From Methanothrix sp. (GTDB lineage Archaea; Halobacteriota; Methanosarcinia; Methanotrichales; Methanotrichaceae), in contig JBAXWY010000037.1 in the NCBI GenBank assembly GCA_037128175.1, positions 1 to 27,261 of the forward strand: a stretch of DNA of 27,261 nucleotides. The letters run 5' to 3'. Below the pieces are notes generated by a model. That model saw only the letters and a list, made by a program, of their open reading frames with translations, searched no databases and was not told where the DNA came from. The translations under genes and the position numbers were made by a program. Position 1 is the first letter of the stretch, and each line of letters starts with the position of its first letter. Shown in pieces: positions 9,165-18,167 of this stretch.

Positions 9165-9599
9165 TCTGATAGCGGTCAGTCCTGGAACGGCATCGTCATC
9201 GGCTTTGTGGAAAAGGGCAGGATCTACCTGGTCTTAACTGCCCTCAAGGACACCGTGCAATTTTCCAGCCGCCTGAATGGGACTTATGATGCTGCCAGCG
9301 GGTCGATCAAAGGCGACATTTTGCAGGTTAGCAATGGAAATATCTCTTTACGATCGGATTTTGCAGCCATTTGGATCAATCCCGACATCTCCAGCTACAC
9401 TTCTGCGCGAGCAGAGCCCCGGGCCGAGACATCAGCTTTGGGCCAGGAGAAAAATGCCACCTTGCCGCAGGCAAAAGAGAGCCTGCTACCGGCACCATCC
9501 CAGAAATCCAGGTACCATGATGTGCGCGAGGATGCGGACAGGATTTTGACAGGAGTTGGAGATATCAGCCAGATACCGATAGGAATGAGCGGGCTTTAG
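9165..9599 (+). pseudogene. 5'-truncated paralog of the upstream secreted protein
   Basis: In-frame homology extends upstream of the called GTG 9207 (SDSGQSWNGIVIGFVE versus PDSGKAWNANVVGSVT). No signal peptide or upstream start is present before the in-frame stop at 9108-9110. Confidence 0.7.
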
Positions 9600-9604
9600 A
9601 AAAT

Positions 9605-9646
9605 GATTGCTTTGTGAAGCTTTGCAAGAAAGCTCACAAAGCAATC
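9605..9646. terminator. Long inverted repeat between convergent genes
   Basis: GATTGCTTTGTGA(A)GCTTT-gcaag-AAAGCTCACAAAGCAATC gives an 18-bp stem with one bulge and fills almost the whole intergenic gap. Confidence 0.6.
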
Positions 9647-10113
9647 TACACCAAAATGATCGGGTCCTGACAGGCGCAGGAGAGTGAACGGGACATTACC
9701 ACATCCGTATCGACATTTCTTCTTACCAGGGCCTTTTGATAGGCAGGGTTGATCTGAGTGGCTTTCTTGTATGCCTGGACGGCTGTTTGGTAGTATCCCT
9801 TAAAGTCGTAAATGACTCCCATATTGTACCAGGCCTCGGCATAAGACTCATTGATGGCCACTGCATTCCCAAAAGACTGGAGCGCCGCGTCGTACCTTCC
9901 TAAAAGACCCTCGTCAATTCCTTTATTGTTCCAGGCCTCGAAATCATTTGGGTCCAGTTCGAGAGCTCTATTGTAGGCCTGCAGGGAATCATTGAATTTT
10001 TCCTGGTTGTAAAGATCAAGACCCCTCATAAACCAATCGATAGAAGTTTCATTTGCTCCGGCACAGGCTGGAATCGTGAAAGCCAAAATCAGCGCTAAGG
10101 TAACCAGCGCCAA
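9646..10113 (-). CDS. Secreted or membrane-anchored TPR protein
   Basis: Hydrophobic N-terminus and three TPRs (WFMRG..LY...YNRALELDP, AWNNKG, AWYNMG). Start uncertain (TTG 10113 or ATT 10134). Confidence 0.85.
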   Translation of the reverse strand: MALVTLALILAFTIPACAGANETSIDWFMRGLDLYNQEKFNDSLQAYNRALELDPNDFEAWNNKGIDEGLLGRYDAALQSFGNAVAINESYAEAWYNMGVIYDFKGYYQTAVQAYKKATQINPAYQKALVRRNVDTDVVMSRSLSCACQDPIILV

Positions 10114-10208
10114 GGAGATATGTCGCGAACTAATCGTTTTTCTTCCTCCTGATGAGTTTATTTAGTCTATTGTAATGATAAAGCTTCTCCACATTTTTCT
10201 CGTGCCTA

Positions 10209-11360
<1,152 letters not shown>

Positions 11361-11440
11361 TCACCTCTGTCTTTCTAGAAGTATAATCCTTTGCCAGCTT
11401 AAAGCAAAAAGTCATATATTTTCCAGTCGTTTTCAGGTTA

Positions 11441-12379
11441 ATGGCTTTAGTCATAGGTCACCGGGGGGCTCTTGCCCTGGCCGCTGAAAACACCCTGGAA
11501 GGCATCAGGGCTGCCGCTTTGTGCAGAGCCGACTATGTGGAGCTGGATGTAAGGCTCTCTCGCGACGGCGAACTTATCTTGATGCATGATGAAAGGGTGG
11601 ACAGAACCACCAACGGCAAAGGCCTGGTTGAAGAATTCAGCCTGGAAGAACTAAAAGCCCTGCAGTTGAGAGACCACACCGGCCGGTGCATGGAAAGCCA
11701 TAGAATCGCAACGCTAAAAGAGGCCATATCTCTGGCCGGGGAGCTTGACCTGGGCCTGGTAGTGGAGATGAAAGAAGAGGGCCTGGAAGGACTGGTGGCC
11801 GAAGCTCTCTCTGGCAAAAAATGCATTGTGACCTCCTTTTACCATAGCAGCCTAAGCGAATTATCGGACATTTCGGATCTGTTGACGGGCATCATCATCT
11901 CTTCGCTGCCCATAAATCCTGTGCAATTAGCCACTTGGGCAAAAGCCTCGGCCATTTTTCCGAAGCGAGTCAATGCCCGGCTCTTCAAGGAGGCGCATCA
12001 GCGGGGAATAGCTGTCTTTCCCTGGACCGTTAATAGCAAAGAAGAGGCGAGTTGGCTCCTCCGCTTGGGGGCCGATGGACTGGTAACGGATGACCCGTGC
12101 CTGATTCGAGAGGTAGCCGACCAGCCGGTGCAGGCCACAGGCAAAGAAAATTGCCAGTATTATCCCTGCCACCACTTTCCTGATCAGGACTGCACGCACT
12201 GCTTTTGCCCCTTATATCCATGCAAGGATGAAGAGCTTGGCAAGTATGTGCGGACCAAAAAAGGAAAGAGGTTTTGGACATGCATCAACTGCCGGCTGGT
12301 GCACCGCCCCCAAATGGCCGCATATCTGTCGGAGCACCCTCAAGCGACAACAAGCGAGCTAAAAGCTCTGCAAGACTGA
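11441..12379 (+). CDS. Glycerophosphodiester phosphodiesterase family protein with C-terminal cysteine-rich small domain
   Basis: GHRGA...ENT, VELDV.LSRDG.LILMHD..VDRTT, WTVN, DGLVTDDP, then CQYYPCH...DCTHCFCPLYPC...WTCINCRLVH. Confidence 0.9.
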   Translation: MALVIGHRGALALAAENTLEGIRAAALCRADYVELDVRLSRDGELILMHDERVDRTTNGKGLVEEFSLEELKALQLRDHTGRCMESHRIATLKEAISLAGELDLGLVVEMKEEGLEGLVAEALSGKKCIVTSFYHSSLSELSDISDLLTGIIISSLPINPVQLATWAKASAIFPKRVNARLFKEAHQRGIAVFPWTVNSKEEASWLLRLGADGLVTDDPCLIREVADQPVQATGKENCQYYPCHHFPDQDCTHCFCPLYPCKDEELGKYVRTKKGKRFWTCINCRLVHRPQMAAYLSEHPQATTSELKALQD

Positions 12380-12477
12380 AAAACGATATTATTATCCATT
12401 GGGATTTATCCGTTGCCAGGAAAATGGCCTTTACCGACGGAAAGCTTTATGGATACCTGAGGGATAATGCAAACCGC

Positions 12478-12951
12478 ATGAAACATATTATACTTGTGCT
12501 ATTTGCTCTGATAGCTCTAGGTGGGATGTTGCCCGCTACAATAGCCGCACCTGTAGGGCCAACTTTATTGGATAACCCAGCCGCTATGCCGGAACCGGCT
12601 CAATCCGAACTGGTAACCACACCATCTATGGCCGCTTTCCTCAATGATAGCTGGACGCCGAGCACCTTTGTCGCTCCCCTGGCAAGCCAGGCTACTGGGG
12701 TGCAGAGGAACATGACCCGCAACAACACTACCATGAATAGCTCTAACTATGCCATTTATGATTTCTTGAATGATAATTACACCTCCCCGTCTCCCGCGTC
12801 ACCTGTTTACTCTGCCAGCGCAGCCGGAAAGGATAAGACGGTAGCCTGGACAGGCGAGAGCATCTATCAGTTCTTGAATGATGCATGGACTCCTACTACA
12901 CCGATCCAGACATACCCGCAGTCTGTCTTCAAACTGCATCAGATGAATTAA
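12478..12951 (+). CDS. Secreted hypothetical protein with three FLND repeats
   Basis: Signal peptide MKHIILVLFALIALGGMLPATIA. A promoter-like AAAGCTTTAT at 12441-12450 supports ATG 12478 over the longer ORF start 12274. Confidence 0.75.
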   Translation: MKHIILVLFALIALGGMLPATIAAPVGPTLLDNPAAMPEPAQSELVTTPSMAAFLNDSWTPSTFVAPLASQATGVQRNMTRNNTTMNSSNYAIYDFLNDNYTSPSPASPVYSASAAGKDKTVAWTGESIYQFLNDAWTPTTPIQTYPQSVFKLHQMN

Positions 12952-12966
12952 AACTACTCGATTGGA

Positions 12967-13015
12967 TGGCAGGCACTCGTCTGGACCGCCTGCCAGACAA
13001 ATAATCTATTTTTTT
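12967..13015 (+). terminator. Hairpin plus T7 terminator candidate
   Basis: TGGCAGGC (12967-12974) and GCCTGCCA (12988-12995) form an inverted repeat, followed by T7 at 13009-13015. Confidence 0.55.
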
Positions 13016-13058
13016 GGTGCTGTTTTCATGGCAGATTTTGCCTCACTATCGTCTAATC

Positions 13059-14807
13059 CTATGCTTTTTTGCCCGTGTATCTCTTGAGATAAAGGCTCAC
13101 CACATCATAAGGAATGGTATGCTTCTCCAGCCGGAGATGATTTGCCAGAGCCTCCGCTTCTTTGCTGTAAGAGCCGGCCACTTTTTCGGCGTATTTTATG
13201 CCGTCAGCAGTGAGCATGTATTCGTATCGCTGACGCCACTGGTTATTCTGTTCGTAGTGCCGCTCGTCCTGATAGATCATACCATTGGCAACCAGGATCT
13301 GAATGTCTTCGAAGAGCCTCTCGCTGTAGGGGAAGCCATAGTCGGAGTGAAAAGAGTAGTCGAAAAGGCTAGAGAGGCCGGTTGGTCCCAGATCCTTAAT
13401 CCTGGCCACCGTGCGGTAGATCCAGGTTATGTTTCTGATCCGGGGAACGAGGATCTTCTGGCCGTAAGTCTCGGAGAGCATCTGGTGCAGGGTATAAAAT
13501 AGCAGCAGTAGCCCGTCAATGGGAAGGTAGCTCTCGTCGCGAATAAAGTTGAGGAGCCGCTCTGCCTGGCTCCAGACCTCCTCTAATGATATCTCCGGCC
13601 TATCGTCCGAGAAGAAGGAGATAGCGATCTGGCGGGTCAATGATTTGACCAGGCCCGCTGCTAAGGCCGACTCGTCATAGAAAAATCCATTCGCCTCTGT
13701 TCTCATGGACCTTGGCACTCCGCTGCCCACAGTGACATCCACCAATGCACCATATTTTTTGCCGAGGGCATCCTCGAAGAGCTTTCTCATGCGTCCATGA
13801 CGGGAAACCGTGGAGAGAGCCATTCTGATATCAGGCGACAGAGACCTGTGGTCAAACCTGGCTGCCAGTGGAAATTCTTGGCCATATTTTATGCGCGTCA
13901 AGAGATCGCGGGAGGTGTTGTCTCCCCTCTGCCGGATGAAATCCAGAAGATCGGGGTCCGTATACTCTTGAAAGAATAGAACAATGCTGCTTCTGGCCTC
14001 ATCTGCATCCATCCGGCTCAAGGCGCGCTCCAATGCGGCCAGCAGCATGGCCCGGATGGACTGAACGGCTGGATGGTAGATGAGTGCATTATAGTGATGG
14101 GCCCTGGCAATGAGCATCGACTCGGCCGCGGTCTGGGACATCTCGGCCCGATAGTCGCCATTCCCCGCCAGCACAATGCGACCATTGCTGATGGTCAGAG
14201 CCTGCAGTATCTGATCGGTATCCACGAGCCCTAAGGAAACGCCCGAGTGGTGCGAATCGCGCAAAAGAAAGTCAATTCTGTCTGCATCCAGATCGCCCAC
14301 GATGATCTGGCCCAGGGGTGGCCTGGCCCCGGAAGCTATGTCTGCGATCTCTCGAAATAATTCGTCGGCATCACAAAAATCCCTCTCTGCGACCCGTAAG
14401 GCCTCCTCTTTGAAGGGATGGGCCGCTATGATCTGGCGGGTGAACTCTTCATGTCTGGAAACACGCCGCCCCTCCAATTTGGGCTGTATGTCCGGGTTTC
14501 GGCTAAGAACGCCCTCCACGGCATGGGAGAGGGCCGAGTGCCCCAGATCATGCAAAAGCCCGGCCAGGCGCACTTTTCGCACCTCATCCCGGCAGAGGCC
14601 CAGGTGCTCGGCCATCCGCCCGGCCATGTACATGGTTCCCAGTGAATGCTCGAACCTGCTATGGCTCGCTCCTGGATAGACCGTCTCCACCAGACCCAGC
14701 TGCTTAATCCCCCTCAGTCGCTGCACCGGTCGGGACAGGATGAGATGCCGCTCCAGCTCATCTATCTGGATAGCTCCATGAACTGGATCGCGAATAGTGC
14801 CTGGCAT
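13059..14807 (-). CDS. HD-domain phosphohydrolase (COG1078, dNTPase-like) with extra C-terminal winged-helix-like domain
   Basis: IRDPVHG.I, QRLRGIKQLG, YPGASHSRFEHSLG, LLHDLGH, HEEFT, DLDADRIDFLLRDS, Y.HP.V. About 160 additional C-terminal residues follow. Confidence 0.9.
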   Translation of the reverse strand: MPGTIRDPVHGAIQIDELERHLILSRPVQRLRGIKQLGLVETVYPGASHSRFEHSLGTMYMAGRMAEHLGLCRDEVRKVRLAGLLHDLGHSALSHAVEGVLSRNPDIQPKLEGRRVSRHEEFTRQIIAAHPFKEEALRVAERDFCDADELFREIADIASGARPPLGQIIVGDLDADRIDFLLRDSHHSGVSLGLVDTDQILQALTISNGRIVLAGNGDYRAEMSQTAAESMLIARAHHYNALIYHPAVQSIRAMLLAALERALSRMDADEARSSIVLFFQEYTDPDLLDFIRQRGDNTSRDLLTRIKYGQEFPLAARFDHRSLSPDIRMALSTVSRHGRMRKLFEDALGKKYGALVDVTVGSGVPRSMRTEANGFFYDESALAAGLVKSLTRQIAISFFSDDRPEISLEEVWSQAERLLNFIRDESYLPIDGLLLLFYTLHQMLSETYGQKILVPRIRNITWIYRTVARIKDLGPTGLSSLFDYSFHSDYGFPYSERLFEDIQILVANGMIYQDERHYEQNNQWRQRYEYMLTADGIKYAEKVAGSYSKEAEALANHLRLEKHTIPYDVVSLYLKRYTGKKA

Positions 14808-14809
14808 AC

Positions 14810-15205
14810 CTATTTTGATGCCAGCTTTATTATGGCGGCAGCCAGGTCTCCTTTAGCCTCCTGCAGGGCAGCTTTTGCCTCCGGCAAATTCGCGCCGGTT
14901 TGAGCGGCTACGAGCATCACGTCCGAGTCCGGAATCTCAATGGGGGGCTCTTCTGCCGCTTCCCTGGCAGCAGACGGCGCGCGCTCAGTTGAGTCGCCCG
15001 ATATCTGAAAGCTTCGTGTGCCGTGGGAATCCATGATCGCGACAGAGGGATTGGTTATAACAATCTCCTTGTCGGGCATGCGAATGATAACCTCGGAAAC
15101 ATTCTCAAGCTCATCGATATCAATGCCCATGTTCTTCAACATGCCTTTCATCTTCTTGGGGCTCAAGCCGCCCCTTCCGCCTAATCCTCCAAGTCCTGGA
15201 AACAT
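14810..15205 (-). CDS. nac: Archaeal nascent polypeptide-associated complex protein (aeNAC)
   Basis: MFPG...SPKKMKGMLKNMGIDIDEL..V.EVII NAC domain and UBA-like tail (DVMLVAAQTG...AL.EAKGDLAAAI). GGTGA RBS precedes ATG 15205. Confidence 0.93.
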   Translation of the reverse strand: MFPGLGGLGGRGGLSPKKMKGMLKNMGIDIDELENVSEVIIRMPDKEIVITNPSVAIMDSHGTRSFQISGDSTERAPSAAREAAEEPPIEIPDSDVMLVAAQTGANLPEAKAALQEAKGDLAAAIIKLASK

Positions 15206-15338
15206 ATAATCACCTTTTTCCCAGAGGTGATTAAATGTAGGTAAAGTTATCTGTCGGATAGCTATCATTATCGTTGCTGTTCAAAGGAGCGAGAAGCCGA
15301 CGATCGATACTTTTTTAGCTATTGGTCCGAAATGAGCA

Positions 15339-16082
15339 ATGGAAATGAAGCTAAGCTGGGAAGCGCGCCTTGGTATTTTCTTGATACTGCTATCTTTGAT
15401 CATCTACGGGATAAAATACCTGATTATTGGTGATGCTGAAAATATCTTCAACTATCTCTTTAATTCTCTGGGCTATCTACCCTTAAATGTACTGCTTGTA
15501 ACTCTAATTCTCAATAGGCTGCTTGCCAATAGATCCAAGCAGAATAAACTGGAGAAGATGAACATAGTAGTAGGAGTTTTTTTTAGCGAGGTTGGCACCT
15601 GGCTTTTGACCTATCTTTCCGATAATGATCCGAATCTCTGCCGGCTGAGCGGGGACCTGGTTAAAATCGACCAGTGGTCCGACGAGGAATTTATCAGGGT
15701 GCAGGACAAATTCAAGAATCACAGTTACAGCATCGACATCAAGAAGATCGATGTCAAGGCACTCTCCACCTATTTGAGCACTAAGCGGAGTTTTTCCCTA
15801 AGACTGCTGGAAAACCCTCTATTGCTGGAGAATGAGAGCTTTACCAATCTGCTTCGGGCTGTATTCCACCTGACAGAGGAACTGGAGCACCGCCGAGACA
15901 TTCAGGAGCGGCCGGATTCCGATTACCAGCATCTCGCAGGCGACATTGAAAGGGCGTATTTCCTGCTGGTCATGGAGTGGATGACATACATGAGATATCT
16001 CAATTCGAACTACCCCTATCTATTCTCCCTGGCTATGAGAACGAATCCTTTCGATGAGAATGCCTGCGTGGTGGTGAAGTAG
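15339..16082 (+). CDS. Hypothetical membrane protein (two N-terminal TMs plus helical soluble domain)
   Basis: 247 aa ORF with no longer competing ORF and two hydrophobic helices. No function recognised. Confidence 0.8.
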   Translation: MEMKLSWEARLGIFLILLSLIIYGIKYLIIGDAENIFNYLFNSLGYLPLNVLLVTLILNRLLANRSKQNKLEKMNIVVGVFFSEVGTWLLTYLSDNDPNLCRLSGDLVKIDQWSDEEFIRVQDKFKNHSYSIDIKKIDVKALSTYLSTKRSFSLRLLENPLLLENESFTNLLRAVFHLTEELEHRRDIQERPDSDYQHLAGDIERAYFLLVMEWMTYMRYLNSNYPYLFSLAMRTNPFDENACVVVK

Positions 16083-16107
16083 CCCACCACTTACACTAAA
16101 ATAGTAT

Positions 16108-16383
16108 TCAAGTCTTAGCCAGCAAAATCTCTATCGAAGACACATTCACCGTCTTGCCGTCCTCACTCTGGATGGCCTCCGTGCCGATGGTTATGTTTTT
16201 GACAATGATATTAAGCATGAATCGATTCCTGGTGATTTCAGCCGCATCCACTGCCCGGGAGATGGCACGTCCCCTGGCCTTCAGCGTTACTGTGGAGACC
16301 GGCTTGTTGAACTGGGTCATTACGGCTAGAACATAGTTCATGACTGGCTTGTCACCGACGAAAATTACGGCATTGTCTTCCAT
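16108..16383 (-). CDS. albA: DNA/RNA-binding protein Alba
   Basis: [41 protein letters not shown]. Start at ATG 16383 because the longer ORF overlaps rlmE. Confidence 0.95.
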   Translation of the reverse strand: MEDNAVIFVGDKPVMNYVLAVMTQFNKPVSTVTLKARGRAISRAVDAAEITRNRFMLNIIVKNITIGTEAIQSEDGKTVNVSSIEILLAKT

Positions 16384-16420
16384 AGCATCGCCCTTCCCTC
16401 TGTTTTTCTTGGGCAGGTTA

Positions 16421-17191
16421 TTAACCCTTTCTCTCCAGTATTTCGGCGAAGGCAAAATTGGGCTTGACCGCATCGATCTTGATCCGCAGCTTCTCGCCCT
16501 GCTGCGCTTTACGAACAATGATCGCGAAGCCTTCCACCATTGCAACACCATCTCCCGATTTGCCCAAATACTCGATCTGGACATCCAGCACATCGCCTCT
16601 CCTCACCGGGCCCGTGAGCATCTTTTTGGCCACGACGTAGGTCTCTGCGCTCTCTTTTCTGGATGCAAGCGGTGAATGAGCGTGAACGGATGAGAACTCC
16701 TTTCGCACCTCGTTTAAATAGCCCTGGAACAGGTCGCCCTGGAAGACCTTGACCACGAAATTTCCCTGGGGCTTCAATAGCTTCTTGGCCATTTTAAGCG
16801 CCGAGCTGCACAAATCGACGGAGACGGCATGGTCCCTGTGCCAGACACCGGTAAGGTTTGGCGCGGCGTCGCATATCACCACATCCGCATCCCCACCTAA
16901 AGCCTCCTTCACCAGATCTACGGTGCTCTCTCTGGTTATGTCCGCCTGGAAAGTTTTCACGCCGGGGATGGGCACGATGTCCTCCAGGTCCACGCCTATG
17001 ATCTTGCCCCCGGAAAGCTTGGCCGCCACCTGCAGCCAGCCGCCGGGCGCGGCCCCCAGGTCAACCACATTGTCTCCTCGCTTGATGATGTTAAACTTCT
17101 CATTTACCTGCAGCAGCTTATAGGCAGAGCGGGCTCTATAGCCCTCTTCCTTTGCCAGCCGGTAGTAGTAATCTTTTTGATCTCGGGCCAT
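16421..17191 (-). CDS. rlmE: 23S rRNA (uridine2552-2'-O)-methyltransferase RlmE/FtsJ with C-terminal TRAM domain
   Basis: [45 protein letters not shown], then TRAM (G.SGDGVA.VEGF.I.V...FAFAE). Confidence 0.95.
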   Translation of the reverse strand: MARDQKDYYYRLAKEEGYRARSAYKLLQVNEKFNIIKRGDNVVDLGAAPGGWLQVAAKLSGGKIIGVDLEDIVPIPGVKTFQADITRESTVDLVKEALGGDADVVICDAAPNLTGVWHRDHAVSVDLCSSALKMAKKLLKPQGNFVVKVFQGDLFQGYLNEVRKEFSSVHAHSPLASRKESAETYVVAKKMLTGPVRRGDVLDVQIEYLGKSGDGVAMVEGFAIIVRKAQQGEKLRIKIDAVKPNFAFAEILERKG

Positions 17192-17270
17192 TGTGTTTAA
17201 TAAAATCGCAGAGGGATATAAGTCTATTTCGAGAAGCTTAAGTATCTGGTCAGAGATCATTCAAGCATAG

Positions 17271-17280
17271 TTTTATATAT
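17271..17280 (+). promoter_or_regulatory. TATA box of rnpB
   Basis: TTTTATATAT lies 20-30 nt upstream of the predicted RNA 5' end. Confidence 0.65.
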
Positions 17281-17300
17281 TATCGCTCAAATTTGAATAG

Positions 17301-17608
17301 GCGAGAGAGGAAGGGCGGCTGCCGCTGGCCACCTTTGGCCGGTGTGGAAAGTCCCCCCACCACTGGACACACAGACATCCCGCAAAGGATGTGGGGCGAG
17401 AGCTCCGGCTCTGGCACAGAAACGAGACCGCTCCGCGTTAATGCGATGATGCCGCAAGGCTGAGGTCGCGCGGGAAGCGGATGAAACGGCGAAACCCTGT
17501 GGGTGCAAGCCAAAATAGAGCTGAAATCACGGACGTCCAGCCAAGCTCGGGTATGGCGCTAAGCCGAATGCCGTCACGAACAGAAGGGGGCTTACTCTCC
17601 TCACTCGC
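17301..17608 (+). ncRNA. rnpB: Archaeal RNase P RNA (type A)
   Basis: P4 halves GGAAAGTCCCCCC and ACAGAAGGGGGCTTA, P1 ends GCGAG/CTCGC, P6 CTGGAC/GTCCAG, P8 ACATCC/GGATGT, P9 GGGGC-GAGA-GCTCC, conserved ACAGAAA, TGAAACGG, AAACCC and GGTGCAAG. Confidence 0.95.
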
Positions 17609-17729
17609 ATTAATTTTCTGATAATTTTTGTTTCTAAGTGTGAAACTTCCAAAAAAATATATAATCATATTACAAATTTATCAAAAAGATTGAGGATCTT
17701 TACCCTGCCCTCGGCGAAAGGACTCTGCC

Positions 17730-18167
17730 ATGAAAGACCGCACTGCAGTGATACTGCTCATTGAAGACGACGAGACTCACGCCATGCTCATCACCCGTGC
17801 CTTCGAGGATGTATTGATCAGCCATGAGATCTACTGGATGGGTAGCGGAGATGAGGCTCTGGATTATCTCTTGCAGAGGGGCAAGTTTGCAGACCCGAAA
17901 GATTGCCCCAGGCCGGACCTGATACTCCTGGACCTTCGGCTTCCGGTGGTAGATGGGCATGACGTTTTGAGGGCTATAAAGGGATCTCTGAATCTAAGAG
18001 CGCTTCCTGTCGTGATATTGACCACTTCCCGAAATGATGCAGACATCACCAAGGCGTACTCCAATTATGCCAACAGCTATTTGGTGAAGCCAATGGGCTC
18101 GGATTTGTTTAGAGAGATGATGACGGTCTTGGGAAATTACTGGCTCAAATGGAACGTTAATGACTGA
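17730..18167 (+). CDS. Single-domain response regulator (Rcp1-like)
   Basis: LLIEDD, PDLILLDLRLP..DG, VILTTS, YANSYLVKP and the C-terminal YWL typical of the Rcp1/RcpA group. Confidence 0.92.
   Translation: MKDRTAVILLIEDDETHAMLITRAFEDVLISHEIYWMGSGDEALDYLLQRGKFADPKDCPRPDLILLDLRLPVVDGHDVLRAIKGSLNLRALPVVILTTSRNDADITKAYSNYANSYLVKPMGSDLFREMMTVLGNYWLKWNVND

Noticed and set aside
9093-9207. Stop-codon readthrough joining the two in-frame secreted paralogs (Pyl or Sec recoding)
   Set aside because: Both intervening stops are TAA, not TAG or TGA, and a terminator-like hairpin lies between them.
16384-16593. Apparent 70 aa N-terminal extension of Alba
   Set aside because: It overlaps the rlmE TRAM coding region in another frame. 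The Alba fold begins at ATG 16383.
17280-17668. Three short minus-strand ORFs
   Set aside because: They overlap the RNase P RNA gene, which explains the sequence fully.
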